A stretch of 64,000 nt of DNA, taken from an uncultured Planctomycetia bacterium. GTDB taxonomy: Bacteria > Omnitrophota > Gorgyraeia > 2-02-FULL-51-18 > JAGOUK01. The position numbers and the translations under genes are program-made. The notes beneath the pieces were generated by a model. The model searched no databases, had not been told where the DNA came from, and saw only the letters and a program-made list of their open reading frames with translations. Below, piece by piece: positions 7,582 to 16,910 of the stretch (positions are counted from its first letter, which is position 1; the number at the start of each line of letters is the position of its first letter). The stretch is from positions 60,082-124,081 of the forward strand of contig CAYSFB010000001.1 of assembly GCA_964430735.1 (NCBI GenBank). The letters are read 5' to 3'.

Positions 7582-8919
7582 ATGGATTACAAAGTCGCAC
7601 TGGACACCATGTGGACGCTTCTGGCGGGCATGCTGGTGTTCTGGATGAACGCGGGATTCGCCTGCGTCGAGGCGGGATTCGCCCGGCAGAAGAACTGCGT
7701 CAACATCCTGTCCAAGAACTTCATCGTCTTCGCCGTAAGCTCCCTGGCCTTCTGGTTCATCGGCTGGGGTCTTATGTTCGGAGACGGCAACGGTTGGCTC
7801 GGCATGAAGGGAGTCTTCATGCTGCACGGGGCGGACAACAGCCCGGCGACCGGTGACGCGTATCAAGGCGTGTACAGCGCCATTTCGTGGGCTACGGTTC
7901 CCTTCTTCGCCAAGTTTTTCTTCCAGCTGGTGTTCGCGGGTACCGCCGCGACCATCGTGTCGGGAGCCGTGGCGGAACGGATCAAGTACCACTCGTTCAT
8001 CATCTTCTCGTTCATCCTCGTCGCGTTCATGTACCCGATCACGGGTCACTGGATCTGGGGTGGCGGCTGGCTGGCGGGTCTCGGATTCTGGGACTTCGCC
8101 GGTTCGACCGTCGTTCACTCGGTCGGCGGCTGGGCGGCCCTCGCAGGCGTCCTCGTCCTCGGACCGCGCTTCGGCAAGTACAACGAAGACGGCAAGGTCA
8201 ACCCGATCCCGGGTCACAACCTTTCGCTTGGAACCATCGGCTGCTTTATTCTGTGGCTCGGCTGGTTCGGATTCAACCCCGGCAGCACCATGGCCGCCGC
8301 GGTCGAAGACATGTCCCGCATCGCCGTGACCACCAACAGCGCGGCCATTGCGGCCATCCTGACCTCGACCATCACTTCCTGGATCCTGATCGGCAAGCCG
8401 GACCTCGGCATGACGCTGAACGGCTGCCTGGCGGGCCTGGTCGCGATCACCGCCCCCTGCGCTTACGTCTCGGTCGAAAGCTCGCTCATCATCGGCGCCG
8501 TCGCCGGCGTGCTCGTCGTGCTTGCGATCGGATTCTTTGACCGGATCAAGATCGACGATCCGGTGGGCGCCACCTCGGTCCACTTGGTCAACGGTGTCTT
8601 CGGAACCATCTGCGTCGGACTCTTCGCCCAGGACAAATTCCTCCCCAACACGACCGGAGACGGTCTCCTGTTCGGCGGCGGAACCAAGCTCCTGATGGCG
8701 CAGCTTACCGGCATCGCGGCAGTTGCCGTCTTCACGTTCGTCGTCAGCTATGTCGTCTGGATGATCCTGAAGCACACGATCGGCATCCGCGTCTCTCTGC
8801 ATGAAGAAATCCAGGGATTGGACCTTGGCGAACACGGCAACCAGGCCTACCCCGAATTCAACACCCGCAAACAGAGCTACACCTTCCTGGGTTACACCTC
8901 TGCCGGCGGAAAGGAGTAA
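7582..8919 (+). CDS. amt: ammonium transporter (Amt family), second copy
   Basis: The start is taken as ATG 7582 (MDYKVALDTMW...) with an AAGGAG RBS at 7571-7576; the ORF track begins at an upstream in-frame codon at 7528. Sequence shows a clear Amt fold. Confidence 0.9.
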   Translation: MDYKVALDTMWTLLAGMLVFWMNAGFACVEAGFARQKNCVNILSKNFIVFAVSSLAFWFIGWGLMFGDGNGWLGMKGVFMLHGADNSPATGDAYQGVYSAISWATVPFFAKFFFQLVFAGTAATIVSGAVAERIKYHSFIIFSFILVAFMYPITGHWIWGGGWLAGLGFWDFAGSTVVHSVGGWAALAGVLVLGPRFGKYNEDGKVNPIPGHNLSLGTIGCFILWLGWFGFNPGSTMAAAVEDMSRIAVTTNSAAIAAILTSTITSWILIGKPDLGMTLNGCLAGLVAITAPCAYVSVESSLIIGAVAGVLVVLAIGFFDRIKIDDPVGATSVHLVNGVFGTICVGLFAQDKFLPNTTGDGLLFGGGTKLLMAQLTGIAAVAVFTFVVSYVVWMILKHTIGIRVSLHEEIQGLDLGEHGNQAYPEFNTRKQSYTFLGYTSAGGKE

Positions 8920-8922
8920 GGC

Positions 8923-9261
8923 ATGAAAAAAATCACCGCCGTCATTCGCGTCGAAGCTTACGAGCCGGTCACCAAGGCGCTCGAGCGTTGCGGTTACCCC
9001 GGCATCATGGTCTCGGACATTGAAGGTCACGGTAAACAAAAGGGTGTCGTGCAGGTCTGGCGCGGAGAGAAGTTCCGCATGGAACTCCTGCCGAAGCTGA
9101 AGATCGAGATCGTGGTTCCGGATTCGCAGGTCGACCGCCTCATCGGCGAGATCTGCAAAGCCGCGAGCACCGGCCAGCCCGGCGACGGCAAGATCTTCAT
9201 CTCGCCGATCGACGAAGCCGTCCGCATCCGCACCGGAGAAAGAGGAGAAAAGGCCCTCTAA
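8923..9261 (+). CDS. glnK: nitrogen regulatory protein P-II, second copy
   Basis: 112 aa, GHGKQKG T-loop, and a GGAAAGGAG RBS. Confidence 0.9.
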   Translation: MKKITAVIRVEAYEPVTKALERCGYPGIMVSDIEGHGKQKGVVQVWRGEKFRMELLPKLKIEIVVPDSQVDRLIGEICKAASTGQPGDGKIFISPIDEAVRIRTGERGEKAL

Positions 9262-9272
9262 CCGTCCGCTCT

Positions 9273-9394
9273 AAGCGCCTGGGTTCAGGCGCTTGAAAAA
9301 AAACCGCCGTCCCGTTCCTTATCGGAGATCCGCGCAAGCAGAAATCCAGTCCCTTGAGGGGTCGAGGGGCTTACGGGGCGGCGGTCTTTTTTTT
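9273..9394. terminator. bidirectional rho-independent terminator between convergent glnK (+) and the LpxL-like gene (-)
   Basis: An inner perfect hairpin aagcgcctg-ggtt-caggcgctt (9273-9294) sits inside an outer stem ccgccgtcccg (9304-9314) / cggggcggcgg (9374-9384). The structure is flanked by A8 (9296-9303) and T8 (9387-9394), giving a U-run on both strands. Confidence 0.55.
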
Positions 9395-9397
9395 GGA

Positions 9398-10270
9398 TCA
9401 CTTCTTGCGGGAGTGGAGACCCTTGTTCTTCCAGCGCTTGTGGAACCAGAGCCACTGGTCGGGATGCTCGCGGATGATCCGCTCAATCTGGCGGTTGTAC
9501 GCAAGCGTGTTGAGGAGGATTTCCTGGTCGGGATCGTCGTTGGAGATCCAGGTCAGCGGTTCGAAGAATTTGAGCACATGCGTGCCGTCCGGCTCCCGCC
9601 AGCAGGCGGCCGGCAGCACCGGCGCTTCGGACGCGCGCGCGACGACGGCAAGACTCTTGAAGGTGCCGGCCGGCTTGCCGAAAAAGTCGGCGACGATCCC
9701 CTCTTTGCCGGGCTTGGCGTACTGGTCCATGATGAAGCCGACCGCGTGGTTCGCCGCGAGCGCGTCCATCACGCGGTTGAGCGACGAGCGCTTCGGAATC
9801 ACGTCCAGCCCCGCCGCGTAATACCGCTTGAACAGCTGCCGCTCGACCCATTTGTTCACGATCTGCCGGCGCAGCATGTGGAAGCGCCCGCGGAAGTCGT
9901 CGAACTGCATCATGCCGCCCACCGGCGCCGCCTCCCAGTTGCCATAATGCCCGCCGATCACGAGGACGCCGCGTCCGGGTTCCGCCGCCTTGAACAGGCG
10001 GTCGAGCCCCTCGATTCGCACCGCGCGTTTGGCGGCCTCGACGCTTTTCCAGCCGAAGAAGAGGTTCTCCCACAGCGTGAGCGCCAGGTGGCGGTAAAAC
10101 GCCTTGGCCAGATGCCGGATCTCGTCCGCGTTCAGCTCGGAGCCGAAGGCCGTGTGAAGGTTCTCCAGCACGACTTTGCGGCGGATCGGGATGCAGCGAT
10201 AAAAAAACGCGCCGAGCCAGCCGGGCTTCAGGGCGCGGACCGTGGTGCGGATCGGAGATGCGGATGTCAT
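9398..10270 (-). CDS. lipid A (Kdo2-lipid IVA) secondary acyltransferase, LpxL/HtrB family
   Basis: Probable start is MTSASPIRT at 10270. It has the HX4E-type motif GGHYGNWE and a length typical of the family. ATGA overlap with the upstream gene. Confidence 0.6.
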   Translation of the reverse strand: MTSASPIRTTVRALKPGWLGAFFYRCIPIRRKVVLENLHTAFGSELNADEIRHLAKAFYRHLALTLWENLFFGWKSVEAAKRAVRIEGLDRLFKAAEPGRGVLVIGGHYGNWEAAPVGGMMQFDDFRGRFHMLRRQIVNKWVERQLFKRYYAAGLDVIPKRSSLNRVMDALAANHAVGFIMDQYAKPGKEGIVADFFGKPAGTFKSLAVVARASEAPVLPAACWREPDGTHVLKFFEPLTWISNDDPDQEILLNTLAYNRQIERIIREHPDQWLWFHKRWKNKGLHSRKK

Positions 10271-11691
10271 GCCGGGCGGGTCTCCAACAGATAAAGCTTT
10301 TCGCCCGGAGTTTCGGTACGGACGACGACGTGGAAGCCGCGCCGGGTGAATTCGCGGATGTTGGGTTCGAAGGCGCGGGCCGGAACGACCAGGCGCAGCG
10401 GGCGCTGCTTTTTGCGGGCGGCGTCGAGCTGCGCCAGTGAGTCGGCGTACACGACGGGCCGGTCCCAATAAAACAGCGCGGCCGGCTGCTCATGATAATC
10501 GTACAGATGGACCGTTTCGTACGCGGGCACGCGCGACTGAATCACGGGGGTCAGGCGCTGGATGCCGGCCGAATAATCCACCGCGAACGCGCTGCCGGCG
10601 GCGACATGCACGGCAAGTCCGGCCGCCACGGCGCCCGAGATCCAAACGCCCCGGTTCTTGAGCCAGCCGGCCAGACAGACACCCGTCAGGATCGACAGCG
10701 CCGGATGCAGCGGCAGGATGTACCAATTGAGCTTGGTCTTGATCGCGAAGGTGAAAAACAGAAACACGATGAGCGCCCAGGACACGAGCAGCGCTTCGCG
10801 GGAGCGGTCTTCTGCCCGGCCGCGGACGAGCCGGCCGGCGGCCGCCGCGAGCGCGACCGGCGCGAGAAAAATCCACGGCTGATACTTGTTGATCAGCACG
10901 CGGAGATAGAAAAAAGCGTTTCCCTCATGGCCGTCGAGCACGGTCGTTCCGCGCGTCACGTAATGCTTGATGATGAAGTTGTTCCAGAACTCCTCGGGCT
11001 GAAGCCGGAAGGCGGCGACATGCCACGGCAGGACGATGAGCAGAAAAAGCGGGATGCCGAGCCAAAAAACCGGGGTCTTGAGACGCTCCCAGCGGTTCTC
11101 GACCGCAAAATGCACGGCGACCGCCGCCCACGCCAGAACGACCAAAGGTCCTTTGGTCATGAAGCACAGGGCGCTTGCGGCCCAGAACCACCACCAGCGC
11201 GAAGCTTTTTCGCGCGTGCCGAGATAGGCCAGGATCGCCGCTGAAAAAAAGCACAGCTGCAGCACGTCCAGCGTGGCGAAACGCGCGTAGCGGATGAAGT
11301 CCGTGGTGCCCAGCAGGATTCCGGCGCCGGCCACCCCGGCCCAGCGGCCGTACAAGCGGCGGCCGAGCAGGTACGTCACGCCGACCAATCCGACGCCGCC
11401 CAGCGCCGACGGCAGCCGTGACGCGAATTCCCCGACGCCGAAGACCTTGTAGCCGAGCGCGATCGCCCACATGAACACCGGCGGCTTGTCCAAAAAGTAT
11501 CCGCCGCCCGGCCAGCGAAACAGGATCCAGTCCCCCGTCTCGAGCACCAGCTTGGCGGGAATCGCGTAATTGGCCTCGTCCCAGCTGGCGATGCTGCCGC
11601 CCCACAAGTTCCACAGCAAAAGCACCGCCGCCGCTCCGCAGAGGAAGAGCAGGTCTTTGGACTTTTCGGGGAGACTTCTTAAAAAATTCAT
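10267..11691 (-). CDS. GT-C membrane glycosyltransferase, ArnT/PMT family (GT39/GT83-like)
   Basis: Start MNFLRSLPEK at 11691. About 12 TM helices with a PMT_2-like N-terminal loop (WDEANYA). ATGA overlap with the priA stop. Confidence 0.6.
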   Translation of the reverse strand: MNFLRSLPEKSKDLLFLCGAAAVLLLWNLWGGSIASWDEANYAIPAKLVLETGDWILFRWPGGGYFLDKPPVFMWAIALGYKVFGVGEFASRLPSALGGVGLVGVTYLLGRRLYGRWAGVAGAGILLGTTDFIRYARFATLDVLQLCFFSAAILAYLGTREKASRWWWFWAASALCFMTKGPLVVLAWAAVAVHFAVENRWERLKTPVFWLGIPLFLLIVLPWHVAAFRLQPEEFWNNFIIKHYVTRGTTVLDGHEGNAFFYLRVLINKYQPWIFLAPVALAAAAGRLVRGRAEDRSREALLVSWALIVFLFFTFAIKTKLNWYILPLHPALSILTGVCLAGWLKNRGVWISGAVAAGLAVHVAAGSAFAVDYSAGIQRLTPVIQSRVPAYETVHLYDYHEQPAALFYWDRPVVYADSLAQLDAARKKQRPLRLVVPARAFEPNIREFTRRGFHVVVRTETPGEKLYLLETRPA

Positions 11692-13688
11692 CGGGGGTCG
11701 ACGTCCACGGTGATCTGGACTCCTTTGTGATCGAACTTTTCGAGCACGCGGCGCACCGCGGCGTTGGCTTGCACGGCGTCGGGCGCCTTGAGGAACGCGT
11801 TCCACAGATACTGGTTGAAGCGGCGCGGGACCAGGCACGGCGCCGGCCCCATGAACTCGACATCCCCCTGCTCGACCGGCGGAAGCTCCGACCAATGCTT
11901 GCGGAATTCGAGCGCTTTTTTAAAAACTTCAGGCTCCATTCTACCCGAGAAAACGATCTGGATCAGCCGGCGGAACGGCGGCAGGTTGAGTTCCTTGCGG
12001 AAGCCCGACTCCTGGCGGTAGAAGCCCTTGTAATCGTGCAGGCGCGACGCGGCGATCGCGTAGTGGTCGGGCGCGAAAGTCTGGATGAACACGCGGCCCG
12101 GGATGTCGTTGCGGCCGGCGCGGCCGGCGACCTGCGTGAGGAGATCGAAGGTCCGTTCGGCGGCCCGGAAATCGGCGAGGTTGAGCGCCGTGTCCGCCGA
12201 GACCACGCCGATCACCGACACGTCCGGAAAGTCGTGTCCTTTGGCGACCATCTGCGTTCCGATCAGGATGTCGATCTCGCGGCGGCGGAAGGCTTCGAGG
12301 ATGCGTTCGTGCTCGCCCTGCTTGGCCGTCGCGTCCCGGTCCATGCGCACGATGCGCGCGCCCGGAAAAATCCTCGCGGCCTCCTGCTCGACCTTTTCGG
12401 TGCCTGTCCCCAGGAAGCGCAGTTCCCGGCTCCGGCAGGACGGACAGGAGGTCGGAACTTCTTCGACGTAGTGGCAGAGATGACAGAGGTTCTTGCGTCG
12501 GTCCTGATGAAAAACCAGCGAAACGTGGCAGCGGGGGCATTTGGCGAGGAATCCGCACGACGGGCAGCTGATGAAGGGCGCGAAGCCGCGGCGGTTGAGC
12601 AGCAGGATCGTCTGTTCTTTATTGGCGAGCGCTTCGCGGATCGCGTTTTCGAGCCGGACGGCGAAGAGGCGCGTGGCGCGGCCGGCTTTTTCGTTATGCA
12701 TGTCGATCACCGTCACTTCGGGCATGGGGCGGTTCAGGATGCGGTCCGGCAATTCCAGGAGCTCGATCCGGCCTTCCTGCGCGGCGTGGAAGGATTCGAG
12801 CGACGGTGTCGCGCTGGCGCGGAGCAGGCAGGCGTTTTCGAGCCGGCAGCGTTCGCGGGCGACCTCGCCCGTTTCGTAACGCGGTGTTTCGTTCTGCTTG
12901 TAGGAGTCGTCGTGCTCTTCGTCGATCACGACGAGGCCGAGATTGCGCACGGGACTGAAGAGCGCGGAGCGGGGTCCGACGACGACCTGCGCCTCCCCCG
13001 ACCGTGCGCGCCACCAGGCCTCCAGCCGCTTGCCGGCCGAGAGCCGGCTGTGGACGACGGCGACCCGGGCGCCGAACCGCGCGACGAAACGCTCGGTGGT
13101 CTGGGGCGTGAGGGATATTTCGGGGACAAGGACGATCGCGGAACGGCCGGAGGCGATCACGCCGGCGATGAGCTTCAAATAAACTTCCGTTTTGCCGCTG
13201 CCGGTGACGCCGTGGAGCAGGAAGTCCCCGAACGCGCCCGACTTGAGACGCGCGTCGACGCGGGCGAAGGCCAGGGTCTGGGCCGGCGTCATCGTGTGAT
13301 CGAGGGTTGCGTGGACGAGCTCTTTGTCCGGAGCGGACTTGGCGGCGCGCGTGCGCATCGTGGTCCGGCCTTTCTTGAACGGCGCGGGCATCACGCATTC
13401 CAGCGCCTGGCCCCAGGAGCAAAAATAATACCGGCTCATCCAGCGGGTCAGTTCGAGGAAATGCGGCGGAAGGATGACGGTCTCGTCGACGAGGCCGGCG
13501 ATGGGCTTGAGCTTGGCGACGTCGACGGCGGCGACGTCCGAGACGCCCACCACATAACCGAAGCGCTCCGATGCAGCGAGCGGCACGCGGACGCGGATTC
13601 CGGGCTTGATCGAGGCTTCGAGCGGTTCGGGGACGAGATACTGATACGGCTCTTCTCTCGGCACGCCGAGCGCGACGTCGACCAGCAT
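11688..13688 (-). CDS. priA: primosomal protein N' (replication restart helicase PriA)
   Basis: 666 aa. Walker A GVTGSGKTEVY, DEEHD box, Cys4-Cys4 zinc ribbon CPSCG...CPRCH...CHLCHY...CPSC. Confidence 0.9.
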   Translation of the reverse strand: MLVDVALGVPREEPYQYLVPEPLEASIKPGIRVRVPLAASERFGYVVGVSDVAAVDVAKLKPIAGLVDETVILPPHFLELTRWMSRYYFCSWGQALECVMPAPFKKGRTTMRTRAAKSAPDKELVHATLDHTMTPAQTLAFARVDARLKSGAFGDFLLHGVTGSGKTEVYLKLIAGVIASGRSAIVLVPEISLTPQTTERFVARFGARVAVVHSRLSAGKRLEAWWRARSGEAQVVVGPRSALFSPVRNLGLVVIDEEHDDSYKQNETPRYETGEVARERCRLENACLLRASATPSLESFHAAQEGRIELLELPDRILNRPMPEVTVIDMHNEKAGRATRLFAVRLENAIREALANKEQTILLLNRRGFAPFISCPSCGFLAKCPRCHVSLVFHQDRRKNLCHLCHYVEEVPTSCPSCRSRELRFLGTGTEKVEQEAARIFPGARIVRMDRDATAKQGEHERILEAFRRREIDILIGTQMVAKGHDFPDVSVIGVVSADTALNLADFRAAERTFDLLTQVAGRAGRNDIPGRVFIQTFAPDHYAIAASRLHDYKGFYRQESGFRKELNLPPFRRLIQIVFSGRMEPEVFKKALEFRKHWSELPPVEQGDVEFMGPAPCLVPRRFNQYLWNAFLKAPDAVQANAAVRRVLEKFDHKGVQITVDVDPR

Positions 13689-13689
13689 G

Positions 13690-14451
13690 TTACTTGGCTG
13701 CGGGAAGCGGCAGTCCGAGCTCCTTCATGATGAGCTGGCAGTCCTTCCAGACCGTGATCTTTTCGGCGGGGTTGCGGAGCAGGTACGCCGGGTGGTACGT
13801 CGGCATGAGCCGCGTGCCGTGGTAGTCGAAGAATTTGCCGCGCAGCTGGGAGATCGGTGTCTCGGTCTTGAGCAGCGTCTGCGCCGCGTGCTTGCCGAGG
13901 GCGCAGATCACCTTGGGCTTGATCAATTCGACCTGACGCAGCAGGAACGGGTTGCAAAAAGCGATTTCGTCCGGCTGCGGCGGGCGGTTGTCGGGCGGAC
14001 GGCATTTGAGGCAGTTGGCGATGTAGACCTCCGAACGTTTGAGGCCCATGGCTTCGATGATCTTGGTGAGGAGCTGCCCGGCGCGGCCCACGAACGGCAA
14101 GCCCTGCTCGTCCTCGTCCGCCCCCGGCGCTTCGCCGACGAACATGAGCTGCGCCTTGCGGTTGCCGTCCCCGAAGACGACTTGCGTGCGGGTGGAGTGA
14201 AGCCGGCATTGCGTGCAGGCCCTGGCCTGGGCCTCGAGCGCTTCCCAGGTGGTCGCGGCCGTGAGGGCCTGGGCGGCGGCGGTCTTCGCGGCGGCCGGAA
14301 CGGCGCGAGGGATCAGCATCTCGGAAGGGGTCGTGGTGAGCGCCTGCTGGAGCTCGGCCCATTTGGACTTGGGCCAGGAATCGACGCCAAAGGCCTGTTC
14401 GGTCGACGCGATCTGCTTGAGCAGGCGGCGTTTGCGAACGGGGTCGGTCAC
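13690..14451 (-). CDS. uracil-DNA glycosylase, family 4 (4Fe-4S type)
   Basis: Motifs [23 protein letters not shown] and [13 protein letters not shown] start overlaps the upstream stop (GTGA). Confidence 0.8.
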   Translation of the reverse strand: MTDPVRKRRLLKQIASTEQAFGVDSWPKSKWAELQQALTTTPSEMLIPRAVPAAAKTAAAQALTAATTWEALEAQARACTQCRLHSTRTQVVFGDGNRKAQLMFVGEAPGADEDEQGLPFVGRAGQLLTKIIEAMGLKRSEVYIANCLKCRPPDNRPPQPDEIAFCNPFLLRQVELIKPKVICALGKHAAQTLLKTETPISQLRGKFFDYHGTRLMPTYHPAYLLRNPAEKITVWKDCQLIMKELGLPLPAAK

Positions 14452-15572
14452 GCGAGCACCAGCCGCGCGACGTCATGCGCCGCGTCGGGCTTGCCAACGG
14501 CCTGGATCGCCGCGCGGATCGACTCGCGTTTGGCGGCATCGGTCCGGAACGCATCGATCGCATCCGGCACTTCGGCAAGGGATTTGGCTTCGAGCGCCGC
14601 TCCGCGCTTCAACAGAATATCGCGGTTGAACGCCTCCTGTCCGGGGACGGGCTCGAGAATCATCATCGGAACACCCTTCGCGAGCGTTTCGCAAGTCGTC
14701 GAGCCGCCGGCCTTGCCGACGACCAGGTCCGCGGCGGACATGAGCTCATGCATGTTGTTCACGAAGCCGAGCACGCGGAGATTCGGGAATTCTTTGGCGC
14801 GGGCATCCAGCGCACTCTTGAGCGCCGGGTTGTTGCCGCAGACGACGACGGCCTGACCGTCCGGCGTCCGGCGGCAGAATTCCGCCACCGGAGCCTGAAT
14901 GGCCGAAGCGCCCATCCCTCCGGAGGTGAACAGCACGGTGAAGCGGTCCGGATCGAGCCCCAGATGCGCCCGCATCGCGGCCGCATGCTCCCGCTTGCCG
15001 AAGATGTCCGCGACCGGAATGCCGGTGATCCGGATCCGGGACGGATCGATCCCCTCCCGCTCCAGCGCCGCGCGCGTCTCGTCGCACATGCCGCAGTACA
15101 GATCCGTTTCTTTGGCGAGCCAGAACCGGTGGACCAAAAAGTCCGTCACCACCGTCACCGCCTTGCCCTTGAGTTTGCCCTGCCGCTTCAAATGCGCGCT
15201 GACCTCAGCCGGCATGAAATGGGTCGAAATCACCGCGTCCCAACGCTCGGCCTGCATCAGATTCTCGAGTTCGCGGCCGCAGAGGCCGTTGAAGATGCGG
15301 CGGAGAATCCGGGTGACCGGATACAGGTAGCGGTTGTCGGAAACGGCGTAGGTCAGACCCCACATTTTGGGAAGCTTGGTGATCGTGTAGAGATAGGAAG
15401 CAACGTATTGCTTTTTGACCGGCTTGGGAAAAAAGTCGAGCGCGTCCTTCACGAGCACCAGCGCGCCCGGGTTCTGGAAACGGATGGCTCCGGCGATCGC
15501 CTCAGCGGCCTTGAGATGCCCATGGCCGGCGGACGCGTGGAGGATCAGGAATTTTTTGGATTCAGAAGCCAT
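14448..15572 (-). CDS. diacylglycerol glycosyltransferase, MGDG-synthase-like (GT28)
   Basis: N-terminal MGDG_synth-type motif KFLILHASAGHGHLKAAEAIAGAI plus a GT28 C-terminal domain. Probable start is MASESKK at 15572. Confidence 0.55.
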   Translation of the reverse strand: MASESKKFLILHASAGHGHLKAAEAIAGAIRFQNPGALVLVKDALDFFPKPVKKQYVASYLYTITKLPKMWGLTYAVSDNRYLYPVTRILRRIFNGLCGRELENLMQAERWDAVISTHFMPAEVSAHLKRQGKLKGKAVTVVTDFLVHRFWLAKETDLYCGMCDETRAALEREGIDPSRIRITGIPVADIFGKREHAAAMRAHLGLDPDRFTVLFTSGGMGASAIQAPVAEFCRRTPDGQAVVVCGNNPALKSALDARAKEFPNLRVLGFVNNMHELMSAADLVVGKAGGSTTCETLAKGVPMMILEPVPGQEAFNRDILLKRGAALEAKSLAEVPDAIDAFRTDAAKRESIRAAIQAVGKPDAAHDVARLVLA

Positions 15573-16138
15573 GTGACCGCCTCTTTCAGGTTGCGGACGA
15601 CGATGTCGGGACAAACGGCGAATTTTTTGACATCGGCGTCGGTGCGTGTTTTACCGGACAGCGTCAGGATCGTGCGGCAGCCGGCGGCTTTGCCGGCGGC
15701 GATGTCGCGCTCGGTGTCGCCGATCATGAACCGGGCGGCGCGGCCCGTCTTGAGCGCGCGGTCGGCCGCCTTGAACAAACCCGCCTTCGGCTTCCGGCAG
15801 CCGCATCCGGCCTCCGGCGCATGGGTGCAGTAAAACACACCGTCGATGCGGGCGCCGGCCTTTTCCGCGTCGGCAAATATCTTGCGCGTGATCGCCTCGA
15901 GCGCTTCCGGCTTCACGAGCCCCTTCCCCACGCCGGCCTGGTTGGAGATGACCGCGATACGGGCTCCGGAACCGGTCAACGTCTTGAGCGCGGGCAGAAC
16001 ACCCGGGATCCAGCGGAACTGCGCGGGCGTGCGCACGTAATACGCCTTGCCCGGATCGCGGTTCAAGACGCCGTCCCGGTCGATGAAGACGATGCGCTTC
16101 TTTAACAAACGCTCAGCGGCCGGCCGCGTAAGGGGCAT
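15545..16138 (-). CDS. gmhB: D-glycero-D-manno-heptose 1,7-bisphosphate phosphatase (HAD-IIIA)
   Basis: FIDRDGVLN HAD motif and the zinc-site CTHAPEAGCGCRKP. Confidence 0.7.
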   Translation of the reverse strand: MPLTRPAAERLLKKRIVFIDRDGVLNRDPGKAYYVRTPAQFRWIPGVLPALKTLTGSGARIAVISNQAGVGKGLVKPEALEAITRKIFADAEKAGARIDGVFYCTHAPEAGCGCRKPKAGLFKAADRALKTGRAARFMIGDTERDIAAGKAAGCRTILTLSGKTRTDADVKKFAVCPDIVVRNLKEAVTWLLNPKNS

Positions 16139-16910
16139 GCCGGCGCTCCCAGTACTTGGCCCAGTTTAAAAAATGCACCCACGCGTACAGGATCGAAAAA
16201 ATGAGGCCCGTCGAACCGTCCAGGAACCCCGCTTTTTTGACATAAAACTTGAAAAAGCGCTGCAGCGGCTTGCGCTTCAGATTGTAATCGAGCTCCCGGT
16301 CCGAAACCGCCTTCCCCTCGTCCAGCATGAGCGCCTCGAGCGAGGAGTAACGGTTGTGCCGCGGAAGGAAGAGCCGGATCGTCGGGTAGGGATAATGAAA
16401 AACGTCGGCGTGGATTTTGCCGATCGTGCCGTCGACGACGAGCTTTTCGTGGATGTGGCCTTCGTAATGCGCTTTTTCGCGGCGGAAGAGATGCAGGCTG
16501 TAGTGAAGCCAGCCGCCGTGGCGCATCCGGTGGCCCAAAAAGAAATTGGTCTTGCGGAACTCGAACGCGGCATGCGGCGTGCGCGAAGCGAGCATCTTGA
16601 GGATGGCGTCTCGGACGGCCGGGGTGGCGCGCTCGTCCGGATCGATGTGGAAACACCAATCCTTCGTCGCGTGCCGGATCCCGAGGTTGCGCTCATCGCA
16701 GAAGCGCGTGCCGTTCCACTTGTTCTGGACGACCTTGGCGCCGTACTTTTTGCAGATCTCGACCGTGCGGTCGGTGCTGAAGCCGTCGATCACGACGATC
16801 TCGTCGACCCAGTCCTTGACGCTCTTGAGCGTGCCTTCGACCAGGTCCTCGCAGTTGCGCGTCATGGTGACCGCGCTGATCGTCTCGCGCGGCGCGGAGG
16901 ACAAGCTCAT
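16113..16910 (-). CDS. glycosyltransferase family 2, LPS-core WaaE/KdtX-like (paralog B)
   Basis: True start is MSLSSAPRETISAVTMTRN at 16910; the longer track ORF to 17618 is an overprinted extension. ATGA overlap with paralog A. Confidence 0.6.
   Translation of the reverse strand: MSLSSAPRETISAVTMTRNCEDLVEGTLKSVKDWVDEIVVIDGFSTDRTVEICKKYGAKVVQNKWNGTRFCDERNLGIRHATKDWCFHIDPDERATPAVRDAILKMLASRTPHAAFEFRKTNFFLGHRMRHGGWLHYSLHLFRREKAHYEGHIHEKLVVDGTIGKIHADVFHYPYPTIRLFLPRHNRYSSLEALMLDEGKAVSDRELDYNLKRKPLQRFFKFYVKKAGFLDGSTGLIFSILYAWVHFLNWAKYWERRHAPYAAGR

Noticed and set aside
7447-9039. 530-aa minus-strand ORF, together with the other very long ORFs antisense to confirmed genes (e.g. 11727-13730 +, 19665-21761 +, 27803-29857 +, 5981-6604 -, 7887-8540 +)
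   Set aside because: Each lies exactly antisense to a gene with clear family motifs (Amt, PriA, WbaP, WecB). They show Arg/Gly/Asp/Ala-rich low-complexity composition typical of high-GC shadow frames and carry no recognisable domains.
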